From Promethearchaeati archaeon (GTDB lineage: Archaea; Asgardarchaeota; Heimdallarchaeia; JABLTI01), in the NCBI GenBank assembly GCA_013166835.1, contig JABLTI010000136.1, positions 1 through 10,197 of the forward strand: 10,197 nucleotides of DNA, read 5' to 3'. How positions within the stretch are numbered: position 1 is the first letter of the stretch; each line of letters opens with the position of its first letter. The position numbers and the translations under genes are program-made. Positions 1 to 6,803 of the stretch are shown piece after piece. Under the pieces are notes generated by a model. The model worked only from the letters and a program-made list of their open reading frames with translations. It was not told where the DNA came from and did not search any database.

Positions 1-813
1 AAGTGAGCTCAGCTCTTCATAAATATCATTTGCAAAAGATTTGATTTTCCTAGGAGAATCAATTGACCAGTACATAATGTCTTCTTGAAATTGTGTGAAT
101 TTTACATAAGATCTAAATGGCCATAATTCTATATATGACGAGTAAATAGAAGATAGTTTAGTTAAAGGTAAAAAGATTATATTATAGACATTATATAAGT
201 AGTGGTACTCCACAAAGTCTCGATAGAAGTGAGGGAATAAATTGTTCAAGGAGCTTTGATTTACATAATCTGTTATTTTAAGAGTAAACGTGTGATTAAC
301 TATGGTATCAGTGAACAAGTAATCCCCTGAAAAAAAACTGGAATCATTTGATAATATATATGCCTCCGCATCCAGATTTTTAACTGAAATATCAGCAAGC
401 TTCGCAAAGAGATTTGCATCAATTCCATAGAGGGTTGTGCTATTATCTGTTAATGTAAAATTGTTGCCAAAAACATCCTGATCTATTATTGAACCAATTT
501 CTTCAACTTCAAATAATTTATAATTTTTCATCGAAGATTTTTCAATGGCTGAATTAAAACTATTAAGAAATTCAATTGAGTCGGATACTCCTCCCAAATA
601 AATATCTGGAAATCCTTCTATATCATGTTCACCAAGAAAATAGCTGATAGAGCCGTTTTTGAAATTTTGAAAATACTTACTTAAATTATGCGGATTAGCA
701 ATTTGTGGGACAAATAATACTGTAATAGAAGAGATTAGTAGTAAACTGAAGATAACTAGTGCTTTAAAAATGTCTTTTCGTTTTTCTAGAAGTTGGTAAA
801 TTATTAAAACCAT
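1..813 (-). CDS. Membrane protein, probable divergent FtsX/MacB-family ABC permease, N-terminal part (runs off the window start)
   Basis: Hand translation: ATG at 813 preceded by GGAGTGA-TAAAT, then 271 open codons to position 1 (MVLIIYQLLEKRKDIFKALVIFSLLLISSITVLFVPQ...STTLYGIDANLFAKL...NHTFTLKITDYV...NIIFLPLTKLS...). It has one N-terminal TM helix followed by a large soluble domain, the same layout as the start of the 940-aa permease. It is absent from the ORF track because no stop lies in the window. The family call is inference. Confidence 0.8.
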   Translation of the reverse strand, partial: MVLIIYQLLEKRKDIFKALVIFSLLLISSITVLFVPQIANPHNLSKYFQNFKNGSISYFLGEHDIEGFPDIYLGGVSDSIEFLNSFNSAIEKSSMKNYKLFEVEEIGSIIDQDVFGNNFTLTDNSTTLYGIDANLFAKLADISVKNLDAEAYILSNDSSFFSGDYLFTDTIVNHTFTLKITDYVNQSSLNNLFPHFYRDFVEYHYLYNVYNIIFLPLTKLSSIYSSYIELWPFRSYVKFTQFQEDIMYWSIDSPRKIKSFANDIYEELSSL

Positions 814-865
814 ATTTATCACTCCTTTACTCTTTCCATATTATTTCTTCTTTTATTGAATTTAG

Positions 866-873
866 AAAAAAAA
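866..873 (-). terminator. Oligo-T (T8) archaeal-type terminator candidate
   Basis: A8 on + (T8 on -) about 16 nt downstream of the stop of the 890..1450 gene. Confidence 0.4.
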
Positions 874-889
874 GTAGAGTATGAAAACG

Positions 890-1450
890 CTACATTAAAA
901 CTATTTTCAATTTTACTTTAATTTGACCACCGCCAAAAACTAAATAATTCAAATAATCTGTCAAATAATATGTTCCATAATTCTCATTATCACCAAAATA
1001 CCGTCCTATTGTATAAGATGAAGATTCTTGCCCGATGTGCTTAATGAGTTTAAAACCAATGTAAAGCTCATTTGCTGTAGAATCACTAAACTCTAAGCAA
1101 TAAGAGTACTCAATCTGCAGGTTATTAGTGTAGGTCTTTGGATAATAAACAATACCAGGCGGATAAACGTATTCGCGTCCATACCAGTCTTCATAATCCG
1201 AATCTGAATTTTGTAATCTGTCACCATAATAGCCAAATAATCTCTTATACTCAGGGATAAATCGCATTTCATACCATTCACTATTAGTGTAGTCAAGATA
1301 ATCGTTTACTTCAAGTTCTGTTACATAGATGTATATTTTGTCCATTTGTTTATGTGTGGAATTCATTATTTGTAGATTAGTTATTAATAGAGGTAAAAAT
1401 AAGAGTAAAGATACAAATAGGAATTTAATAATCCCATTCCTTTTTCTCAA
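890..1450 (-). CDS. Hypothetical Tyr-rich secreted or membrane-anchored protein (186 aa)
   Basis: TTG start preceded by AGAGGA. Basic N-terminus plus hydrophobic helix (MRKRNGIIKFLFVSLLLFLPLLI). About 25 Tyr residues. No recognisable family motif. Confidence 0.8.
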   Translation of the reverse strand: MRKRNGIIKFLFVSLLLFLPLLITNLQIMNSTHKQMDKIYIYVTELEVNDYLDYTNSEWYEMRFIPEYKRLFGYYGDRLQNSDSDYEDWYGREYVYPPGIVYYPKTYTNNLQIEYSYCLEFSDSTANELYIGFKLIKHIGQESSSYTIGRYFGDNENYGTYYLTDYLNYLVFGGGQIKVKLKIVLM

Positions 1451-1465
1451 TATATCCTCTCCGAT

Positions 1466-1493
1466 TTTATTTGCGGATTTTTCCGCACATAAA
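1466..1493. promoter_or_regulatory. Inverted repeat (12-bp arms, 1 mismatch, 4-nt spacer); candidate operator upstream of the 890..1450 gene
   Basis: TTTATTTGCGGA-TTTT-TCCGCACATAAA. It lies between a TTTAAA box (1511-1516) and the RBS/start at 1450. Confidence 0.5.
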
Positions 1494-1544
1494 CATAAGC
1501 TGTTTCATATTTTAAATTTTTTCGACTTTTGTCAGAAGTTAAAA

Positions 1545-1840
1545 ATGTTAGAGCAGATAGTATACAAAGACGGATTCGACAGTAAATAACCTAAAGAAGC
1601 GATTTGTTCAAAATACACTGATTTCTTGTCTGAGATATTAGCAATAAACAAGCTCATTATAGCCATACTCATACACCTTACCATGAAGTAACTAACGGAG
1701 TGTTTGCTATAGGAGGGTGGAAAGTAAATGAAGTTTGTTTTAAGGAGAACATTCGATGAAATGTTGGAGTGTACATTCTCATTGATGATGAGGAGAGAAA
1801 TAATCCAGTAAAATTGAAAAGATGGTTAATGAAGAAATAA
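1545..1840 (+). pseudogene. Degraded C-terminal fragment of a calcineurin-like metallophosphoesterase
   Basis: Joining two frames across a 1-nt shift near 1658 gives ...FLSEILAINKLI(Y)SHTHTPYHEVTNGVFAIGGWKVNEVCFKENIR*NVGVYILIDDEERNNPVKLKRWLMKK*. This resembles the family's C-terminal hhhGHTHxP...GxW motifs (AGC in place of GGC). Internal stops at 1587-1589 and 1757-1759, final TAA at 1838-1840. The left boundary is approximate. Confidence 0.5.
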
Positions 1841-1880
1841 AGGGAACTGGTGCGGGGGGCACAATTTGAACGCACGAACT
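1836..1880 (-). repeat. Direct repeat copy 1: degenerate tRNA-Leu 3' fragment (att-like)
   Basis: Minus strand reads AGTTC GTGCG TTCAAAT TGTGC CCCCCGC A CCA GTTCCCTTTATT, i.e. end of variable arm, T-arm, 7-nt acceptor strand, discriminator A and CCA (1848-1850). 36/45 identical to the copy at 5075-5118. Confidence 0.8.
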
Positions 1881-2112
1881 TAATGGCAGAACTGAAGATA
1901 AGATTGCACAGTCGAGGAAAAAGCGTACACCATGTAGGTTAGTTATTCACTAATTTTTTCCTGAGAGTAATTTTATCTTCATGAGCAATACTTATTGTTG
2001 GGTAATAATTGTAATTTAAAGTAAAAATTAGCTGTTCTAAACACAATTTTTTTACTTTTGATGTATGATATATATTATAAAGAAAATCAAGTCAATAAAA
2101 AGGGGGATTATA

Positions 2113-3711
2113 ATGTCACAAAACTCATTTGTGCAAATTGTAAGAAGGAGAGGAATTATTTTTTTAATTTTGTTATGGACATTACCATTAATAGGATATG
2201 TTTCATCACAAGGGCAAATCGCAAAAATAAATAATGAAGTAGAATCGAATGCCCTACATCCTACTTTAGATTTTACCATGATACTTGGGGGAAATGAGTC
2301 TGATATGGGATTTGCTATTGCAGTAGCAAGTGATGGAAACTACTATGTGACAGGTATAACAGAGTCATCTGACTTTCCCACAAAGAATGCTTACGATTAT
2401 ACCTTTAATGATAAAGAAGGTATTTATTCATATGGCGATGTTTTTGTTGCTAAAATAAGTGTTAATGGGGAGCTGTTGTGGAGTACCTTCTTAGGAGGAA
2501 GTATAAAGGAGGAGGGAAGTGGTATTGCACTTGATACTGATGGTAGCTGTTACATAACAGGTTGGACTGATTCAGAGGATTTTCCCACACAAAATGCATT
2601 TGATAATTCTTATGGTGGGGGTCAATATGGGGATGCTTTTGTTGCAAAGTTCGCTTCAAATGGGGAGCTTCTATGGTGCACTTTTCTCGGGGGAAGTGAA
2701 ACAGATGAAGCTAACGGAATTGCTGTTAGTGATGGGGTTTGTTATGTAACAGGTAGCACTGCTTCCTCTAACTTTCCAATGAAAAATGCGTATATTAGCA
2801 CTTTCAGCGGAGGTGAGAGATATGGAGACGCTTTTGTATCAAAGTTCTCTACTACAGGCGAGCTACTTTGGAGCACCTTTATAGGAGGTAGTGAGGATGA
2901 CTATGGAGATGATATAACTATAGCTAGTGATGGTAGCTGCTATATAACGGGAACAACTGAATCAAATAATTTTCCAATGAAAGATTCATTCGACGATAGT
3001 TTTAACGGGGTGATTGATACCTTTGTATTACAATTTTCCAAAAGGGACGCTCTTCGATGGAGTACCTATTTAGGAGGAGATGGAGCTGATTTTGCGAGTG
3101 GGATTGTTGTTGATAACAAAAATTGTTATATTGTAGGATCAACAAGCTCATACAATTTTCCTACTAAGGATGCTTCTAATAGTAGTTTTAGTGGATGGTA
3201 TGATGCCTATATTACAGCTTTCTCATTAAAAGGTTTAATGCAATGGAGTACTTATCTTGGAGGAAATTATTGGGATAAGGGATTAGGTATTGCTAAAGCT
3301 CTTGATGGTGGTTGCTATATTACAGGCACTGTTGAGTCAGAGGATTTTCCAACCTTAAACACACTTAATAATACATTTGCTGGTGTTTCAGATGCTTTTG
3401 TAGCAAAATATTCTTCTAAAGGTTTTCTTTTGTGGAGTACTTATTTAGGAGGAAAAAGTTTTGATATTGGAAGGGGGATTGCAACATCCAACAGCGATAG
3501 CTGTTATGTAATAGGAGAAACATCCTCAAGTGATTTTCCCATAGCAAACACTAGTAATAGCTCATATATAGGCAATGGAGATGTTTTTATAACGAACTTT
3601 AATGGATTAGCTACAATCACACCAACAATAACTATTTCTGGGTATGGCTATATTGGATTTGTATTTGTTATCCCTCTGTGTGCGTTTGTTTTCCGAAAGA
3701 GGAGAAAATAG
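2113..3711 (+). CDS. SBBP-repeat (seven-bladed beta-propeller) cell-surface protein with C-terminal membrane anchor
   Basis: Seven ~60-aa repeats (L/I)GG-x3-D-x-G-xx-IA...Y(V/I)TG-x-T-x-S-x-(D/N)FP...GDAFV-x-K...G-x-LLWST. N-terminal signal/TM segment (RRRGIIFLILLWTLPLIG). C-terminal TPTITISGYGYIGFVFVIPLCAFVFRKRRK. ATG 2113 is preferred over 2065 because it follows AGGGGG. Confidence 0.92.
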   Translation: MSQNSFVQIVRRRGIIFLILLWTLPLIGYVSSQGQIAKINNEVESNALHPTLDFTMILGGNESDMGFAIAVASDGNYYVTGITESSDFPTKNAYDYTFNDKEGIYSYGDVFVAKISVNGELLWSTFLGGSIKEEGSGIALDTDGSCYITGWTDSEDFPTQNAFDNSYGGGQYGDAFVAKFASNGELLWCTFLGGSETDEANGIAVSDGVCYVTGSTASSNFPMKNAYISTFSGGERYGDAFVSKFSTTGELLWSTFIGGSEDDYGDDITIASDGSCYITGTTESNNFPMKDSFDDSFNGVIDTFVLQFSKRDALRWSTYLGGDGADFASGIVVDNKNCYIVGSTSSYNFPTKDASNSSFSGWYDAYITAFSLKGLMQWSTYLGGNYWDKGLGIAKALDGGCYITGTVESEDFPTLNTLNNTFAGVSDAFVAKYSSKGFLLWSTYLGGKSFDIGRGIATSNSDSCYVIGETSSSDFPIANTSNSSYIGNGDVFITNFNGLATITPTITISGYGYIGFVFVIPLCAFVFRKRRK

Positions 3712-3761
3712 CTTCTCCACATTCCATACAAAAAGAAATATCACAAACGAAAGAATCAAAA

Positions 3762-3769
3762 TTTATATA
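3762..3769 (+). promoter_or_regulatory. Candidate archaeal TATA box (TTTATATA) with purine-rich upstream BRE-like sequence
   Basis: GAAAGAATCAAAA-TTTATATA in the intergenic region before the LVIVD gene, followed by a short palindrome TAAATC-N5-GATTTA (3772-3788). Weak evidence in AT-rich DNA. Confidence 0.3.
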
Positions 3770-3880
3770 GCTAAATCTAAATGATTTATTAAAATTTAAA
3801 CACTAAATTCAGTAAAATAGAATAAGGAATACTATGTAAATAATAATAAGAGAAGCAATTTGTTTGTGGTGATGGGAGTT

Positions 3881-5050
3881 TTGAAAAAAAGTGGAAGAAA
3901 AAAATCAATATCTACCTTATTTAAACTGTTTTGTATTTGTTTTCTTATCTATTCTATTTCAACGAATAATACAATCATTATAGGTAAGGGATTTTTCCTC
4001 ATAGATGAAATTAGTTTTACTTTGCTTGAAGAAGAACGTGGATATGTATTAGCTTTACAAGATGATCTACTTTATATTTTTGTATCAAATTCAACACAAG
4101 AAGGGTCATTTGCAGATTCTATTCGGATAATTGATGTTCAACAACCTGAAAATCCAGAAGTTGTTGGAAAGTATGATTTAGATAAAGATGATTGGGTTGT
4201 AGATTTAAAAATTAAAGATAATATTGCCTACATTCTAAGACAAATTTCCTTTTCAGGAGGGATTAATTGGACAGTAACACTTCTTAACATTACTAACCCA
4301 ACTAATCCTATTGAATTGGGGATTTCAGCTGTAGAAACAGCAACAAGTTATATTTTTGGTCTGGGTTCCTGGTGTTTGGTTAATTACAAAAACTACACTT
4401 ATGTTAGCACAGATTTCGAGTTGATAATTTTTAACACAAGCAATCCATCTTTACCAGAGAAAGTGACGAATTATACCTCCACTGGTGGGGAATTACATAT
4501 TAATAATGAATACTTATATCTTGTTTCTAGTGGAGTTAAAATCTATAATTTAATGAATCCAGTAAATCCCTTATTTTTAGGAGAAGTGAATACCACCAAA
4601 CATATTGTTGCTGGGAGTGAATTGTATGGAAATTATATTATCAACGCTTTTTGGTATTATGGGATACAAGTCTATAATTGCACTAATCCATATCATCCAA
4701 CTATTTGCTGGGATTTCGATTTTCCCGACAAAGAATTCTTTCCGGAAGGAACTATACATGACGTGGAGATAATCGGTGATAAGTTATTTACTGGTGCAAA
4801 TAGATTAAATGTCTTTGATCTAAGCGATCTACAAAAAGTGAAAAGGATTGCTCGATTAAGAATTGGAGATAAGTATATAGATCGATTAGAAGTTTCAGAG
4901 GATTATATTTATCTAACTGCTTGGGGAAGATTCAAAATCTACTCATACAAAGAGAACAATCTTCCACGTAACATAGGTATAGGAATTAGTATTGGAGTAC
5001 CAGTTGTAATTGTTGCTTCTCTTTTAATTTGGAGAAAAAAAAGGAAATAA
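3881..5050 (+). CDS. LVIVD-repeat beta-propeller cell-surface protein with C-terminal TM anchor
   Basis: Repeats IRIIDVQQPENP, VTLLNITNPTNP, LIIFNTSNPSLP, VKIYNLMNPVNP, IQVYNCTNPYHP, LNVFDLSD. N-terminal basic plus hydrophobic signal. C-terminal IGIGISIGVPVVIVASLLIWRKKRK. The start is uncertain (3860, 3872 or 3881); TTG 3881 follows GGTGA. Confidence 0.88.
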   Translation: MKKSGRKKSISTLFKLFCICFLIYSISTNNTIIIGKGFFLIDEISFTLLEEERGYVLALQDDLLYIFVSNSTQEGSFADSIRIIDVQQPENPEVVGKYDLDKDDWVVDLKIKDNIAYILRQISFSGGINWTVTLLNITNPTNPIELGISAVETATSYIFGLGSWCLVNYKNYTYVSTDFELIIFNTSNPSLPEKVTNYTSTGGELHINNEYLYLVSSGVKIYNLMNPVNPLFLGEVNTTKHIVAGSELYGNYIINAFWYYGIQVYNCTNPYHPTICWDFDFPDKEFFPEGTIHDVEIIGDKLFTGANRLNVFDLSDLQKVKRIARLRIGDKYIDRLEVSEDYIYLTAWGRFKIYSYKENNLPRNIGIGISIGVPVVIVASLLIWRKKRK

Positions 5051-5058
5051 GATTTCCT

Positions 5059-5066
5059 AAAAAAAA
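5059..5066 (-). terminator. Oligo-T (T8) terminator candidate downstream of the ABC operon and tRNA fragment
   Basis: A8 on +, between the convergent LVIVD and ATPase genes. Confidence 0.35.
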
Positions 5067-5074
5067 GTATTATT

Positions 5075-5139
5075 AATAAAAAGAACTGGTGCGGAAGCGC
5101 AATTTGAACGCGTAAACTCCTACGGAACCATAAACTCAA
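5075..5139 (-). repeat. Direct repeat copy 2: degenerate tRNA-Leu 3' half, from the anticodon loop (GAG?) to CCA plus trailer
   Basis: Minus strand reads TT GAG TT TATGG T TCC-GTA-GGA GTTT ACGCG TTCAAAT TGCGC TTCCGC A CCA GTTCTTTTTATT. Spacing matches archaeal tRNA-Leu, including the long variable-arm hairpin closed by GTA. The acceptor strand is 1 nt short and no 5' half or D-arm is present, so it is not a functional tRNA. Confidence 0.8.
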
Positions 5140-6797
5140 TTGTGTTTAGGAGTTATAACAAGCCCATCACTTTTTATCTTTCCATCTTCTAGAACTATTG
5201 CTCTATAACCATCTCTAATTAGGTTTATATCATGGGTTGCAAGAATGAAGGTACTAGTGGTTGTAGAATGCAAGTTGTATATTTTTTGAATCGCTTTCTC
5301 TGCAAGCTCTGAATCAAGATTTGCTGTAGGTTCATCTAAAATAATTAATTCTGGTAAATGGTATGATGCTATTGCTAACGAAGCTCTTTGAAGTTCACCA
5401 CCAGAAATTTCTAAAGGATAAGAGTCTTTCCTGCTAGTAATGTTGAATCTTTCGAGGGAATCAAACACTTTTTGACTCTCTAGATTTTTAATTATTTTAC
5501 CTGAAAACAAATCTTTTAGGTAAAAACTTTCAGTGATTGTTAAAAATGGATATAAAATTCCTTGTTGCGGGACCAAACTCATATGTTGTTTTCTAAACAA
5601 CGATTTTTGGGAATTGGATAAGGCACTAAAAGAGTTATCCAGAATTTGAATTTTGCCAGATGTTTCGTCTTCTAAGCCTGCCAATAATTTTATGAGAGTA
5701 GTTTTACCAGAACCACTTGGACCTAGAATAAATACCAATTCACCTGTTTTAATTTGGAGATCAATATTCGATATAGCCTTTACAACATTTTTGTTACTAG
5801 AATATTCCTTAGAGAGATTGTCTAATTTAATAATGATATCTGATTGTTGAAAATAATCAGAAGGAAGATCAGTCATTAAAAGCTCCTTTCTAGAGAATTT
5901 TATTTTGTCTAATTGTGGTTTATTAGGAGCTAGTCCATCAGGATGAGTTATTTGTACTTCACCTGTTTCTGTTACTATTATTTCAGCATTTTTAGTTAAA
6001 TTTAATACATTCATGACATAATCAGGCAAATGTATATTGTTTGTTGAATCTATTTGTAATTTAAACCTTAAAGGAAATTGCTTTTTTTGACCGAATGTTA
6101 ATTGCTCAGTAACATCCAACACTGAAGAAACTCGACCGTTCTTTATTTCACAAGTCTTATCCACTCCATCATGGAATCGGAGATCATGCGTAACTACTAC
6201 AAAGGTAGTGCCAAATTCAGAAGCAATTTGTTTTAATAGTGTTTTTACATTCAAAGTATTAACATTATCTAATTGACCAGTAGGTTCATCACATAATAAT
6301 AAAGGAGCTTCTTTTACAAGGGCACAAGCAATAGCAGTACGAATCAGTTCTCCTCCGGAGAAATTTCTTACAACACGATTTTTCAAATGAGTTATACCCA
6401 ATCTCTTGAGTATTTCATTAGTGCTTTTCTGAGAGTCAGTAAGAGAATTACTTTTTATATTCGATGCGAATTTTAAATTATCTTTAAGGGTTCCATCAAG
6501 GAATAATGTTCGTTCTGCAAATTGGTCAATAATCCCAACCATTTCTAATCTGTAGGTATTCAACTCTTTTAAGGACATTTGAGCTAAGTTGTATTCCCCA
6601 ACAAGTACTTCCCCACTGGAACAAGTGTCCAACCCAGCGAGAATATTAATTAAAGTAGTTTTACCAGAACCAGAGGGACCGATTATAGATAACATTTCTC
6701 CTTTTCGAACAATTAAATCACATCCTCTTAAAGCTGGAACTCGCAAGTTGGTCTCTTCGTCATAATAGATTTTTATAAGGTCTTTACATTCAATCAA
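5136..6797 (-). CDS. ABC transporter ATP-binding protein with two LolD/MacB/FtsE-type NBDs
   Basis: NBD1: GPSGSGKT, FSGGE, LLLCDEPTGQLD, VVVTHD. NBD2: GPSGSGKT, ISGGELQR, IILDEPTANLD, LATHD. TTG start, with RBS GGAGTGA (6804-6810) overlapping the permease stop codon. Confidence 0.95.
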   Translation of the reverse strand: MIECKDLIKIYYDEETNLRVPALRGCDLIVRKGEMLSIIGPSGSGKTTLINILAGLDTCSSGEVLVGEYNLAQMSLKELNTYRLEMVGIIDQFAERTLFLDGTLKDNLKFASNIKSNSLTDSQKSTNEILKRLGITHLKNRVVRNFSGGELIRTAIACALVKEAPLLLCDEPTGQLDNVNTLNVKTLLKQIASEFGTTFVVVTHDLRFHDGVDKTCEIKNGRVSSVLDVTEQLTFGQKKQFPLRFKLQIDSTNNIHLPDYVMNVLNLTKNAEIIVTETGEVQITHPDGLAPNKPQLDKIKFSRKELLMTDLPSDYFQQSDIIIKLDNLSKEYSSNKNVVKAISNIDLQIKTGELVFILGPSGSGKTTLIKLLAGLEDETSGKIQILDNSFSALSNSQKSLFRKQHMSLVPQQGILYPFLTITESFYLKDLFSGKIIKNLESQKVFDSLERFNITSRKDSYPLEISGGELQRASLAIASYHLPELIILDEPTANLDSELAEKAIQKIYNLHSTTTSTFILATHDINLIRDGYRAIVLEDGKIKSDGLVITPKHN

Positions 6798-6803
6798 ATC
6801 ATC

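Noticed and set aside
1329-1589. 86-aa plus-strand ORF
   Set aside because: Mostly antisense to the 890..1450 gene and its promoter. Only the last codons may belong to the pseudogene fragment.
1757-1759. In-frame TGA as selenocysteine or readthrough
   Set aside because: The same region also has a frameshift and a TAA stop, so decay is the simpler explanation. No SECIS-like hairpin was recognised.
1678-1875. 65-aa minus-strand ORF
   Set aside because: Starts inside the tRNA-like repeat and is antisense to the pseudogene. No RBS or protein motif.
1890-1896. TTCAGTT (minus strand) as a possible CAG anticodon loop of repeat copy 1
   Set aside because: Spacing to the T-arm is 5 nt shorter than in copy 2 and there is no variable-arm hairpin, so chance is likely.
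1883-1942. 19-codon ORF MAELKIRLHSRGKSVHHVG next to repeat copy 1
   Set aside because: Too short, no RBS and no recognisable motif.
2284-3600. CRISPR array or DGR template/variable repeats
   Set aside because: The periodicity is explained by protein blade repeats with codon-level divergence. There are no identical spaced repeats, no adenine-specific mismatch pattern was noticed, and no reverse transcriptase or cas gene is present.
5087-5175. Complete functional tRNA-Leu gene
   Set aside because: The 5' half (acceptor 5' strand and D-arm) is absent and that space is ATPase coding sequence. The T-stem has a mismatch and the acceptor strand is one base short.
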